Shown here: one piece after another, positions 9,513 through 19,528 of the stretch | How the letters are laid out: each line of letters begins with the position of its first letter | How positions within the stretch are numbered: position 1 is the first letter of the stretch | Assembly (NCBI GenBank): GCA_938020565.1 | Contig: CALIHP010000055.1 | Span: 880 to 64,879 of the forward strand | Origin: an uncultured Anaerolineaceae bacterium | GTDB lineage: Bacteria > Chloroflexota > Anaerolineae > Anaerolineales > Anaerolineaceae | Length of the DNA stretch: 64,000 nucleotides | Direction: 5' to 3' | Position numbers and translations under genes: made by a program | Notes under the pieces: model-generated | What the model saw: only the letters and a program-made list of their open reading frames with translations | The model's database searches: none | Told to the model about the DNA's origin: nothing

Positions 9513-10511
9513 CTAAAAAGTCTCATACGGAATGTCGTCCGAATCCACCGGATCGCCTGGAACCGGCGTCGTTGTATTAATGTTCAGCGTGTAGATATAT
9601 CCGGCATCCAGCAGGATTTTGTCAGAACCGTCTTCATACGTCATAACTTCGTAATTCCCGATGTCTCCGAACGCGTCTTTTACACCGAACCACTTTTCGC
9701 CGGCTCCGAGCTTGATCTGATACTTCGATCCCCCGGCGAGATAAGCGGTTACGGTATCGCCTTTTCCGAGGAAAAGCGACGAAACGTTATCCCCGCTGCG
9801 GAAGATCTTGATCATGACGCCAAGCGAATCGCTTTTTCCGATTTTGATATGAAGGACGGCGTTGGTCCCATAGAAGTTCGGATCGCGGTAAATTTCTCCG
9901 TTCGCTGGCCAGGACTGTTCGCAGCTGTCCATTCTCGTCTGCGCATCATCCGTATCCGCTTTTTTGAATGCCTGATACGCCTCCCAGTAGGATCCCGCCA
10001 TTTCATAAGCGCAGCCGATCAGGTACTGATGATCGTTGGCTGCGATTTCCTGGACCATGTTCCGCTCCAGTTCTGCGAAGCCCGGCGTATTCGGGAATTC
10101 TTTACCTTCCGAAGTTTCGTTAACCGCGGCACGGTAATAAAGCAGGTATGCCATCAGCCGCTCCAGCGTATCGGCGTCAAGCAAATCTGTTTTCTTTGCC
10201 CCAAACGTCGCCTCCAGCGTTTGAAGCGCGCCCATTGACTGGTTGTAAAATCCGCCGGTCAGCGGTAAATTAAAACCAAACTCGTTGAACATTGTTTGAA
10301 CCGTGCGGACGGTTTCTCTCTGGGTTCCGTTCGCGATCGGGTCGCCGCCGCGAAGTTCTTCGAGCGCATTCGCGTAAGCTGGATCGAGCTGTGACAGGAC
10401 GTAATCCAGACCTTCGCTGCCGGAGGAACCGGAATCGTCAGCCGCGGCGTTCAGGGAGGGAAAGATCACAGCGGCAATCAGAACGATAAGACTGAGAAAA
10501 AAATTTTTCAT
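9513..10511 (-). CDS. Secreted protein with possible peptidoglycan-binding-like and TPR-like segments
   Basis: Signal peptide; G...VRTVQTMFNEFGFNLPLTGGF...ALQ resembles a PG_binding_1 pattern. Confidence 0.55.
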   Translation of the reverse strand: MKNFFLSLIVLIAAVIFPSLNAAADDSGSSGSEGLDYVLSQLDPAYANALEELRGGDPIANGTQRETVRTVQTMFNEFGFNLPLTGGFYNQSMGALQTLEATFGAKKTDLLDADTLERLMAYLLYYRAAVNETSEGKEFPNTPGFAELERNMVQEIAANDHQYLIGCAYEMAGSYWEAYQAFKKADTDDAQTRMDSCEQSWPANGEIYRDPNFYGTNAVLHIKIGKSDSLGVMIKIFRSGDNVSSLFLGKGDTVTAYLAGGSKYQIKLGAGEKWFGVKDAFGDIGNYEVMTYEDGSDKILLDAGYIYTLNINTTTPVPGDPVDSDDIPYETF

Positions 10512-10785
10512 CGTGCCTCTCTTTCTTCGACTTTACTTTGTGGACATATTTTGGACCGACCGGAGTTGTTCGGCGGCGGTTCGCTTTTCAGGGTCATCCA
10601 CCCCGCATAAGATTTTTTAACTTTAGCATAGCCATTTCTGAAAACTCTGAGCTAATAGCTCAGAATTTTCAGATCGAACGCGCCATGCCGCCTGTTTTCA
10701 ACAGCTGTTTGAATCAAAATCAGCGTAATATATTCGCATGATCAGGGCCTCGCGAGGAAAATAAAACCCTGCCACCCTTGTCGCA

Positions 10786-11013
10786 TGTGGTAAAATGTAA
10801 AATCATAAATCAATGAGGTGAAACGGATGAATGGCTTTTCTTGTAAATAACGAGGTCTTTCGGCAGGTCTGACGTTTTTTCAGGGTCCCGCCGCGCCTCT
10901 GCAAGAAAGCGAACCCCTCCGCTCCTGAATGTTTTCCGCCATAAATGGCGTTAAAACCCGTCCTTATTAAAGAGCCGAAAGAAGTTTGTTTTCTTGCGGC
11001 TCTTTTCTTTTTT
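10786..11013 (+). promoter_or_regulatory. Promoter plus ribosome-dependent attenuator leader of the ABC-F gene
   Basis: Extended -10 TGGTAAAAT; GAGGTG RBS with uORF 10827-10850 (MNGFSCK); terminator AGAGCCG...CGGCTCT + T tract at 10971-11013; alternative pairing segment at 10901-10914. Confidence 0.7.
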
Positions 11014-11031
11014 GATATGGGACGTAATATT

Positions 11032-12555
11032 ATGGCAATGATTAAAGTTGAAAATTTAACTTTCGCATACCCCGGAACATACCGAAATCTTTTTGAAAAC
11101 TGCAGCTTCCAGATCGATACGGATTGGAAGCTCGGCCTTGTTGGCAGGAACGGACGGGGTAAGACGACATTACTGAATTTATTCCTCAACAAATATAAAT
11201 ACAGCGGGCAAATCATCAGCTCGGTAAAATTCGGTTATTTTCCCAGTCCGGTTCCGGATAAAAGCCGCCCTGTCCTCGAAATCATGGCCAATATCAGCCC
11301 AACAGCGCGGGAATGGGAGCTTCTGCGCGAGCTCGCTTATCTGGAGGTCGACGCAGCTATACTTAACCGGCGCTTCGATACGCTCTCAAACGGCGAAAGG
11401 ACAAAGATCCTTTTGGCAGCATTCTTCTTAAATGAAGGCCTGTTTCAATTAATTGACGAACCGACGGATCATCTCGATCTTTCCGGACGAAAAACTGTCG
11501 CCGCATATTTGAAACGAAAGAAAGGTTTTATTCTCGTTTCTCATGACCGATCCTTTTTAGACGGCTGCGTTGATCATATCCTGTCGTTGAATAAAACGTC
11601 GATCGACGTACAAAACGGGAATTTTTCGACCTGGATAAAGGCTTTTGAAGACCGGCAGGCTTACGAAACAGAGCAAAACGAACAGCTTCGCAAAGAAATC
11701 CGCCGACTGCGCGAAGCAGCGCGCCGCACTGCAGTCTGGTCGGACCGCGTCGAATCAACGAAAACCGGAACCGGCCCGGTCGACCGCGGCTATATCGGGC
11801 ATAAAGCCGCCAAGCTGATGAAACGCTCTACCGTAATCAGCGCGCGGCAGGAGAAAGCGATCGAAGAAAAATCAGCGCTGTTGAAAAACGTCGAGAGGGC
11901 GGATGACCTGAAAATCAGCCCGCTTCCGCACCATGCGCAAACGCTGGCGCAGTTTTCAAACATAACGATTTATTCTGATGAGAAACCTGTCTGCGGGCCG
12001 GTTTCGTTCGAGATCGACCAGGGCGCACGACTGGCGCTGGCCGGAAAGAACGGCAGCGGGAAAAGCAGTTTGTTAAAATTGCTGTTGGGGCAGGATATCT
12101 CTTACAGCGGAACGCTCCGTCTCGCCTCGGGACTGATCATTTCTTACGTTCCGCAGGATCCGACCGGCTTATCCGGATCGCTGAATGAGTTCACGATACA
12201 GCATAGTCTCGACAGAATCCTGTTCAACTCGCTGCTGAGCAAGCTGGATTTCGGCCGGGCTCAATATGAAACCGATATCGCGACGTATTCGCTCGGACAG
12301 AAAAAGAAAGTCCTGATCGCGAAAAGCCTCTGCGAACGGGCGCACCTGTACGTCTGGGACGAACCCCTCAATTATGTCGATATTTATTCGCGGATGCAGA
12401 TCGAGCGGCTGATCCTGCGCTTCAGACCGACAATGATCTTCGTTGAACATGACCGGGCGTTTCAGAAAGCGGCTGCGACGCGGACAGTCGAGATTCAGTC
12501 ATCGGTAAAAAAACCAGAAAAAAGCGAGAAGGAAAGCCCGCGGATTATGTTATAA
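11032..12555 (+). CDS. ABC-F ribosomal protection protein (Lsa/CplR-like)
   Basis: FQIDTDWKLGLVGRNGRGKTT, DRGYIGHKAAKLMKR and LYVWDEPLNY motifs; two NBDs and no TM. Confidence 0.88.
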   Translation: MAMIKVENLTFAYPGTYRNLFENCSFQIDTDWKLGLVGRNGRGKTTLLNLFLNKYKYSGQIISSVKFGYFPSPVPDKSRPVLEIMANISPTAREWELLRELAYLEVDAAILNRRFDTLSNGERTKILLAAFFLNEGLFQLIDEPTDHLDLSGRKTVAAYLKRKKGFILVSHDRSFLDGCVDHILSLNKTSIDVQNGNFSTWIKAFEDRQAYETEQNEQLRKEIRRLREAARRTAVWSDRVESTKTGTGPVDRGYIGHKAAKLMKRSTVISARQEKAIEEKSALLKNVERADDLKISPLPHHAQTLAQFSNITIYSDEKPVCGPVSFEIDQGARLALAGKNGSGKSSLLKLLLGQDISYSGTLRLASGLIISYVPQDPTGLSGSLNEFTIQHSLDRILFNSLLSKLDFGRAQYETDIATYSLGQKKKVLIAKSLCERAHLYVWDEPLNYVDIYSRMQIERLILRFRPTMIFVEHDRAFQKAAATRTVEIQSSVKKPEKSEKESPRIML

Positions 12556-12674
12556 TATGTACTGGTAGCGGATAGCTTGAGAAAACCGGGACGTTATTCA
12601 AGCTGAGCCGGTTCTCGAGCAAAATTTTACACAGAGCAAACGCTCAAAATTCATCATAACTGCAGGAGTATCAA

Positions 12675-14738
12675 ATGAGTAATACGGTTGCATGGTTAGT
12701 TTTTAGTTTGATCTGCGGTATTGGATCGTTAGGTCTCGGTTCATACCTGTTCTATTGGGTCAGCAAACAGGACGACGGGACGGATCGGTCCCGCGAAGTC
12801 GCCCGCTGGATCCATGAAGGCGCTCAGGCGTACCTGAAAAAGCTGTACACCGCGCTGATTATCGTTGCGGCGATCATGGCGGTCTTCCTCTTCGTCGTTT
12901 ACAGCATCGAGCACGGCCGCGGGCTTGAAACCGCGATCTGCTACCTGATCGGCGCGATCTGCTCTGCTGCCGCCGGCTACATGGGCATGGAAATCGCCGT
13001 CCGCGCGAACGTCCGCAGCGCCGTCGCCGCTCAAACAGACCTGAATAAATCGTTCAACGTCGCGTTCCGCGGCGGCGCAGTGATGGGTTTCGCGGTCGTC
13101 GGGATCGCGACAATCGGCATGAGCATTATCTACCTGATTACCAAAGACGCACAGCTCGTTCTCGCGTATTCACTCGGCGCGTCTTCGTTCGCGCTGCTCG
13201 CAAAAGCTGGTGGCGGTATCTATACGAAAACGGCTGATATTGCCGCCGATCTTGTCGGAAAAGTCGAAGTCGGGATTCCGGAAGACGATCCGCGCAACCC
13301 CGCCGTCGTTGCGGATAACGTCGGCGATAACGTCGGCGATGTCGCCGGCATGGGCGGCGATATTTTCGACAGCTACGTCGCCGCTTCCGTCGCCGCGATG
13401 CTTCTCGGCGCCGCGATGAGGGACGAATTTTACACGACGCTGCCGCTGCTCCTCTGCGGGCTGGGAATTCTCGCTTCCATTATCGGTTCTTACTTCGTGA
13501 AAGTTGAAGAAGACGGGAAACCGAGCAAAGCGCTCAATCTGGGGACCATTTTAACCTGCGCCATTTTCGCGGTCCTGATGGCGATTGCGATCCTGCTGAC
13601 GCCGGGAATCGCGAACGGCTTTATCTGGGCGATCGTTGTCGGGACTGCCGTCGGCGTTATTATCGGACAGACGACCGAATTCTTTACCTCGGACGAATAC
13701 GCGCCGGTCAAATTGACCGCTGAATACTCGAAATCGGGGCCCGCGATTACGATTATCGCCGGGATCTCCTACGGTCTCGTTTCGATCGTTCCGTCGATCG
13801 TCGGAATCGTCGTCGCGATGATCGTTGCCTTCTTCGCCGCCGGCGGCAATATCAACTTTGACGCCGGAATTTACGGCGTTGGGATCGCTTCGGTCGGGAT
13901 GCTTGCCGTTTCCGGCATGATCGTTTCCGCCGACGCTTATGGCCCGATTGTGGATAACGCCCGCGGTATCGCGGAAATGTCCTCGATGGATCAGGAAGTT
14001 ATCGACCGCTGCGACATCCTGGACTCCGCCGGGAACACGGCGAAAGCCATCACCAAAGGCTTCTCGATCGCCGCGGCCGCGCTGACCGTTCTGGCGCTCT
14101 TCGCAGCGTTCATCAGCGAAATTAACCAGGCGATGGGCGGCGGCTTCGACCGCAGCGTCTTATCCATCGTCGATCCGCTTATCCTCGCCGGGCTCTTTAT
14201 CGGCGGTATCTGCCCGCCGTTGTTCTCGGCGCTGCTGATGCTCTCCGTTACCGGCGGCGCGTTTAAAATGATCGAAGAAATCCGCGCGCAATTCCGTGCC
14301 GAGCCGGGCATCCTCGAAGGGAAGGTCAAACCGAATTACAATCGCTGTATCAGTCTGGCCGCCCAGGGCGCGCTGACATCGCTGATCTGGCCCGCGATTA
14401 TCGCGATCGTCCTCCCGCTGATCGTCGGGTTCGTTCTTGGCCCGACCGGCCTGACCGGGTTCCTTGGCGGCGCGATTATCGTCGGCGTTATCTTCGCCCT
14501 CTTCATGTCGAATTCCGGCGGTCTCTGGGATAACGCGAAGAAATTCATCGAAACCGGCGAATGCGGCGGGAAGGGATCCGAAGCCCATAAATCCGGCGTC
14601 ATCGGCGACACCGTCGGCGATCCCTTCAAGGATACTGCCGGCCCGTCGATCAACACGCTGATCACGGTTATGTCGCTCGTCGCGTCGACGTTTGCCCCGA
14701 TTATTGCGAACTTCAACCTGCCGAATCTTCTTAAATAG
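12675..14738 (+). CDS. hppA: Membrane-integral ion-translocating pyrophosphatase, probably K+-independent
   Basis: GGGIYTKTADIAADLVGKVE, EDDPRN, DNVGDNVGD, GNTAKA and GDTVGDPFKDT motifs. Confidence 0.95.
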   Translation: MSNTVAWLVFSLICGIGSLGLGSYLFYWVSKQDDGTDRSREVARWIHEGAQAYLKKLYTALIIVAAIMAVFLFVVYSIEHGRGLETAICYLIGAICSAAAGYMGMEIAVRANVRSAVAAQTDLNKSFNVAFRGGAVMGFAVVGIATIGMSIIYLITKDAQLVLAYSLGASSFALLAKAGGGIYTKTADIAADLVGKVEVGIPEDDPRNPAVVADNVGDNVGDVAGMGGDIFDSYVAASVAAMLLGAAMRDEFYTTLPLLLCGLGILASIIGSYFVKVEEDGKPSKALNLGTILTCAIFAVLMAIAILLTPGIANGFIWAIVVGTAVGVIIGQTTEFFTSDEYAPVKLTAEYSKSGPAITIIAGISYGLVSIVPSIVGIVVAMIVAFFAAGGNINFDAGIYGVGIASVGMLAVSGMIVSADAYGPIVDNARGIAEMSSMDQEVIDRCDILDSAGNTAKAITKGFSIAAAALTVLALFAAFISEINQAMGGGFDRSVLSIVDPLILAGLFIGGICPPLFSALLMLSVTGGAFKMIEEIRAQFRAEPGILEGKVKPNYNRCISLAAQGALTSLIWPAIIAIVLPLIVGFVLGPTGLTGFLGGAIIVGVIFALFMSNSGGLWDNAKKFIETGECGGKGSEAHKSGVIGDTVGDPFKDTAGPSINTLITVMSLVASTFAPIIANFNLPNLLK

Positions 14739-14760
14739 CCGGCGGCAAAACGCTTGGACC

Positions 14761-14794
14761 GGAGGCGAGGGCTCTTCCCTCGCCTCTCTTTTTA
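14761..14794 (+). terminator. Intrinsic terminator after hppA
   Basis: GAGGCGAGGG / CCCTCGCCTC stem followed by a T-rich tract. Confidence 0.7.
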
Positions 14795-14905
14795 CCGCCG
14801 GCGGTACAGCGCCGCATGAACTGCCTTTTTCCGGATCCGAGGCAGACGCCGATCAAAACGTCCCGTGGCAGGCCCGGATATCATCCCGTGAGAAAAGAGG
14901 GAAAA

Positions 14906-15883
14906 ATGAAATTTTTATGCTTTGGAATGGCCGTATGCGACTATATCCTGTCGGGCGTTCCCACGGATATCCTGTCGATCAACGGCGCGTCTGTCAGCGG
15001 ATTGAACGTCCGTGCCGGCGGAGACGCGCTGAACGTTGCGATCGGCGTAACCCGGCTGGGGAATCAGGCCGCGATCGTCGGACGCGTTGGCCGCGACGCA
15101 TCGGCCGAATTCCTGCGCGAACGCTGCCGGACGGAAGGCGTCGACGGATCAGGGCTGGTCACCGACAAAGACTACCCAACCTCGACCTCCTTCGTTCTTT
15201 TAGACCGCTCGGGCGAACGCCATTTCCTCTTCGAGAATCGAATCTATGCGAATTATTCTGAAGAAATGGTCCTGGAAAAATGGCTGCGCGACGCGGATTG
15301 CGTTTACTTCGGAAGCGCGCTGACGTTTCCGTCGCTCGATCAGGGCGGAATCGCGAAACTCTTTGCCCGCGCGAAAAAGCTGGGGAAAACGACGGCCATG
15401 GACGCCGCGCTGCATGGACAGAAATACGACCCGCGTCGGCTTGACGCGTTTCGGCCTGCGCTCGAAGCTACCGATATTTTCTTTCCCAGCTTAGCGGAAA
15501 TCGAAGTTTTTACGGATACGCAAAACCCATACAAAGCCGCCGAGATCTTTCGCGACACCGGCGTTAAAATACTGGGGATCAAGCTCGGGAATAAAGGCGC
15601 TTATGTAACCGATTTCTCGGAGGAACGGATCGTTCCGCCCCGGAAATCCGGGAACGTCGTCGACACGACCGGCGCGGGCGACGCTTTTTTCGCCGGATTC
15701 CTGAGCGCGCGGATGAACGGGTTTTCGCCGTTCGAAAGCGTCGAAATCGGCAACATCACCGCATCGCGCGCAATCGAGGCCATCGGCGCAACGGCAGGGA
15801 TCCCATCCTTCGATCGCGCTGTCGCCGAAGCTACCGCTTTCTACCGAAAATCTTCGCCCGCCACTCCGGAAGCTGATCCTTGA
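14906..15883 (+). CDS. PfkB-family carbohydrate kinase
   Basis: GGDALNVAIGVTRLG and VVDTTGAGDAF signatures. Confidence 0.9.
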   Translation: MKFLCFGMAVCDYILSGVPTDILSINGASVSGLNVRAGGDALNVAIGVTRLGNQAAIVGRVGRDASAEFLRERCRTEGVDGSGLVTDKDYPTSTSFVLLDRSGERHFLFENRIYANYSEEMVLEKWLRDADCVYFGSALTFPSLDQGGIAKLFARAKKLGKTTAMDAALHGQKYDPRRLDAFRPALEATDIFFPSLAEIEVFTDTQNPYKAAEIFRDTGVKILGIKLGNKGAYVTDFSEERIVPPRKSGNVVDTTGAGDAFFAGFLSARMNGFSPFESVEIGNITASRAIEAIGATAGIPSFDRAVAEATAFYRKSSPATPEADP

Positions 15884-16889
15884 CCGAATCAAAGTAAACC
15901 GAGAACAGGATAATCGCCCCCTTCACGATCAGCTGGTAGAAATATTCGAACCGAAGCATGTTCAAGCCGTTATTAATCACGCCCATAATCAGCGTCCCGA
16001 TAATCGTACAGCCGATCGTACCGATCCCGCCGCCGAAGCTGACCCCGCCGAGAACCGACGCCGCAATCGCCTCGCCTTCATATCCGATCCCGACGTTGGC
16101 CGGCTGGCCGGAACCCATCCGCGCCGCTAAAATAATCCCGCCGCAGCCAGCCAGCGCGCCGGCGATAACGTAGACAATAATTCGAACCTTCCTGACGTTA
16201 ATTCCGGAATGGATCGCGGCTTCCTGATTCCCGCCGACGGCGTAAATATAGCGTCCAAAGCGCGTCTTACTCAGGACGATCCCAAAGACCAGGAACGCTA
16301 AGAACAGGAACGCAACCGAATAAGGAATCTGAATCTTCAAGCCGTCATGAACGGAAATCGTCCATCGCCCGCTCCCGATTTCGTTAAACGCCTTACTCGT
16401 CGAAGCGACCGGATAACCGTCAGTAATAATATACGCCAGTCCGCGAACGATCATCTGCGTCGCCAGCGTCACGATAAACGGCGGGAGCTTCGTATACGCA
16501 AGGCAGCTTCCATTAAACAATCCGATCAGCATGCAGGCGAGCAGCGTCAGGATAATCGCCAGATAAAGGTTCAGATTCAATACCGACAGCAGCGTCACGC
16601 TCAGGCAACCCGAAAACGCGACCGTCGACCCGATCGAAAGATCGACGTTACCGATCAGGATAATATACGTCAGCCCGATCGACAACAACCCGTAAACGCT
16701 GACCTGCTGTAAGATATTGGTAATATTCCCCAACGTCAAAAAATTCGGCGAATTACTCGACAGAATAATAAATAAAATCAGCAGAATCAGGATCGGCCCC
16801 AAATAATTCCGAACCGTTTTTACGATCGGGTTCGTCCGACGGCGCGGGACCGCCGTCCTTCCCGTCATTCTTTCATCCGTTGCCGTCAT
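15831..16889 (-). CDS. Monosaccharide ABC transporter permease (RbsC-like)
   Basis: VDLSIGS, PPFIVTLA and GRYIYAVGGNQEAA motifs. Confidence 0.9.
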   Translation of the reverse strand: MTATDERMTGRTAVPRRRTNPIVKTVRNYLGPILILLILFIILSSNSPNFLTLGNITNILQQVSVYGLLSIGLTYIILIGNVDLSIGSTVAFSGCLSVTLLSVLNLNLYLAIILTLLACMLIGLFNGSCLAYTKLPPFIVTLATQMIVRGLAYIITDGYPVASTSKAFNEIGSGRWTISVHDGLKIQIPYSVAFLFLAFLVFGIVLSKTRFGRYIYAVGGNQEAAIHSGINVRKVRIIVYVIAGALAGCGGIILAARMGSGQPANVGIGYEGEAIAASVLGGVSFGGGIGTIGCTIIGTLIMGVINNGLNMLRFEYFYQLIVKGAIILFSVYFDSVKDQLPEWRAKIFGRKR

Positions 16890-18393
16890 CCTCGTCTCTC
16901 CCAATTGCATAGTTCATGATTTTGATTTGCGTCAGCTCTTCCTGCTCTGCGTCGATCTCTTTCACGATTTCGCCGTCGCACATAATCATCACACGATGCG
17001 ACAGGTGAATAATCTCCGGTAAATCGGAGGAGATAAAGAGAATCGCTAAACCCTGCGCCGATAAACGGTTAATCAGGTCATAAATCTCTTTCTTCGCGCC
17101 AACGTCAATCCCGCGCGTCGGTTCGTCAAGTATCAGGATCTCCGGATCGGTCGCCATCCATTTCGACAGCACAACCTTCTGCTGGTTCCCGCCGGAAAGC
17201 TCTTTACATTTCTGTTCCGGACCGGAGGACTTAATACTCAGGATATTCCGGTACCGATCGACAATAGCGTTTTCCTTCTTCGAATTGACGCGGATCCCGT
17301 GAATAAAGCTTTTCAGGACGCCGATCGTCAGGTTGAAGGAGATCGACTGGTTCAGAACCAGCCCCGCCCCCTTTCGGTCCTCCGGGACCAGCCCGATCCG
17401 GTAACGGATCGCGTCGGCAGGAGTGTTAATCACTGCCCTTTTCCCGTCGACCTTAATCGTCCCCTCCGTCCGCGGGTCGAGACCAAAAATCGCCCGCGCC
17501 AGCTCGGTCCTTCCCGCGCCGACCAGACCGGAGAAGCCTAATATCTCGCCCTTATATAAATCGAAACTGACGTTTTTCAGCTTCGCGTTCGAGAAGTTCC
17601 GAACCTCGAGCGCCTTTTCCTTCGTTCCGGTAAACGTCCGCGTCCCATACGCGTCCCGAATATCGCGCCCAACCATCATCGCGACCAGCTCGTCCGTCGT
17701 CGTTTCGTCCGTGCGTTTCGTTCCGACGTACGTTCCATCGCGCATGACCGTTACCCGGTTCCCGATCCGGAACGTCTCTTCCATGCGGTGCGACACGTAG
17801 ATAACCGTACGATTCTCCTGAATCAGGTTCCCGATAATCTCAAAAAGCGACTCGACCTCGTGCCGGGTCAACGACGCAGTCGGCTCGTCCATGACGACAA
17901 TATTCGCGTTCTTTGAAATCGCGCTGGCGATCTCGACCATTTGCTGCTGCGCGATAGATAAACGGCCAACCTTCGCCTCCGGATCGAGATTCAGCTGAGC
18001 CGCGTCGATCAGGGCCTGCGTATCCTGAATCATCTTCGGATAATCGACAAACGAAAACGGCGGTTTAACCGGAAAGTCTCCGCGAAAAACGTTTTCAGCC
18101 ACTGTCATATTTTTACAGACGCTTAATTCCTGATGAATAATTGCAATCCCGTTATCGCGGGCCACGATCGGATTCGTAATCTGGACCGTTTTCCCGTTAA
18201 TTCGGATTTCGCCGCCGTCCGCCTGATAGATTCCGCCGAGAATATTCAGGAGCGTCGATTTCCCAGCGCCGTTCTCTCCCATGAGGACATGAACCTCGCC
18301 AGCGACGCAGCTGAAATTAAACCCACGCAACGCGTGAATTCCGCCGAACCGCTTATCGATATTTATCATTTCTAAAACATCGCCATCTGCCAT
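16873..18393 (-). CDS. Monosaccharide ABC transporter ATP-binding protein (RbsA-like)
   Basis: GENGAGKST, MDEPTASL, LSGGNQQK and DEPTRGIDVGAK motifs. Confidence 0.93.
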   Translation of the reverse strand: MADGDVLEMINIDKRFGGIHALRGFNFSCVAGEVHVLMGENGAGKSTLLNILGGIYQADGGEIRINGKTVQITNPIVARDNGIAIIHQELSVCKNMTVAENVFRGDFPVKPPFSFVDYPKMIQDTQALIDAAQLNLDPEAKVGRLSIAQQQMVEIASAISKNANIVVMDEPTASLTRHEVESLFEIIGNLIQENRTVIYVSHRMEETFRIGNRVTVMRDGTYVGTKRTDETTTDELVAMMVGRDIRDAYGTRTFTGTKEKALEVRNFSNAKLKNVSFDLYKGEILGFSGLVGAGRTELARAIFGLDPRTEGTIKVDGKRAVINTPADAIRYRIGLVPEDRKGAGLVLNQSISFNLTIGVLKSFIHGIRVNSKKENAIVDRYRNILSIKSSGPEQKCKELSGGNQQKVVLSKWMATDPEILILDEPTRGIDVGAKKEIYDLINRLSAQGLAILFISSDLPEIIHLSHRVMIMCDGEIVKEIDAEQEELTQIKIMNYAIGRDEDDGNG

Positions 18394-18525
18394 AATCGCT
18401 GCCTTTACGCTGAATCAAAATTCGAAACGATTCTTAGATCAGATAAATTTTGTTTTTTAAGAACAATCAGAGAAAGGCCGGGACATCCGCCTTCTCTGAG
18501 CGGATGCCCGGCAAAAAAACTTTTA

Positions 18526-19467
18526 TCAGTCGAAGACGTAATCTTCAACGTTTTCAGCGTCGACCAGTTCAACCGGAATCAGAATATCGCGCTCTTCCAG
18601 CTCTTCGCCAGCGAGCACCTTCAGCATCATCTCAACCGAAGCGCGGCCGATCTTCCCGAAGGACTGCGCCGAAGTTGCCGTCTGCCATCCCTCCTTGATC
18701 AGCGCGATACTGTCGACCGAGCCGTCGATCCCGACGATCCCAATATCGCCAGCCTCTTTCCCAGCGCTCTTCGCCGCCGCGACGAACCCCTGTGCGCAGA
18801 GGTCGTTCCCGCCCCACGCGCCGGTAATATCCGGGTCCGCCTGAAGGAAATTGTCCATCGCAAACATCGCCTGATCGATCGAGGACGGCGAGTTCATCGT
18901 ATTAACGACCTGGATATCGCGATATTTCCGAAGAACGTTATCGCGCCCGATGGAACGCTGTGAAACCGCGTAGGACATCCGGTTCTCGAAGATAATCATC
19001 TTGCCTTTATAGTCCATGTACTTCGCCAACGCTTCCATCGCGATCTCGCCTGCTTTGACGTTGTCCGACATGACGCTGAACGTCGCGTTTTCGAACCCGA
19101 TAACAGCGCTGTCGACGACCGCGATCGGAATCCCGGCTTCGTTCGCCTGATCGATCAGCGGCGCGGAAGCGACATAGTCGACCGCCGCGATAAAAATTGC
19201 GTCATACTGATTCGTAATCAAGTCGGCGAACAGGTTCGCCTCCTTCTGCGCGTCGTTCGCGGCGTCGTACGTATCCAGCGTGTTCCCGGAAGCCACGACC
19301 GCCTCCTCCATGACCTCCTTCAGGTGCATGAACATCGGATTCCCCAGGAATTTGACGACCAGCGCCATTTTCTTACCTGTGACCGCCTCCTGAGCGCTGA
19401 CCGAACGGACCGCGAACAGCCCAACCAGTATCGCGGCGATCAATAAAATACGGACAGCTTTCTTCAT
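18526..19467 (-). CDS. Sugar ABC transporter substrate-binding protein
   Basis: Signal peptide; NPMF, SDNVKAG and IVGIDG periplasmic binding protein motifs. Confidence 0.88.
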   Translation of the reverse strand: MKKAVRILLIAAILVGLFAVRSVSAQEAVTGKKMALVVKFLGNPMFMHLKEVMEEAVVASGNTLDTYDAANDAQKEANLFADLITNQYDAIFIAAVDYVASAPLIDQANEAGIPIAVVDSAVIGFENATFSVMSDNVKAGEIAMEALAKYMDYKGKMIIFENRMSYAVSQRSIGRDNVLRKYRDIQVVNTMNSPSSIDQAMFAMDNFLQADPDITGAWGGNDLCAQGFVAAAKSAGKEAGDIGIVGIDGSVDSIALIKEGWQTATSAQSFGKIGRASVEMMLKVLAGEELEERDILIPVELVDAENVEDYVFD

Positions 19468-19528
19468 CTTTTATCTCCTTATTCTGAAAATGACGATTCC
19501 CCCTTTTTGAACCGTCTGTCCTCCAACG

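Noticed and set aside
10813..10872. Alternative leader ORFs MR* (10813) and MAFLVNNEVFRQV (10831)
   Set aside because: RBS spacing favours the ATG at 10827. These remain weaker alternatives.
14906..15883. PfkB kinase as the missing IolC
   Set aside because: It lacks the GR..ID and GGSPANIA pattern I associate with IolC and lies about 23 kb away in another context. Not formally excluded without an assay.
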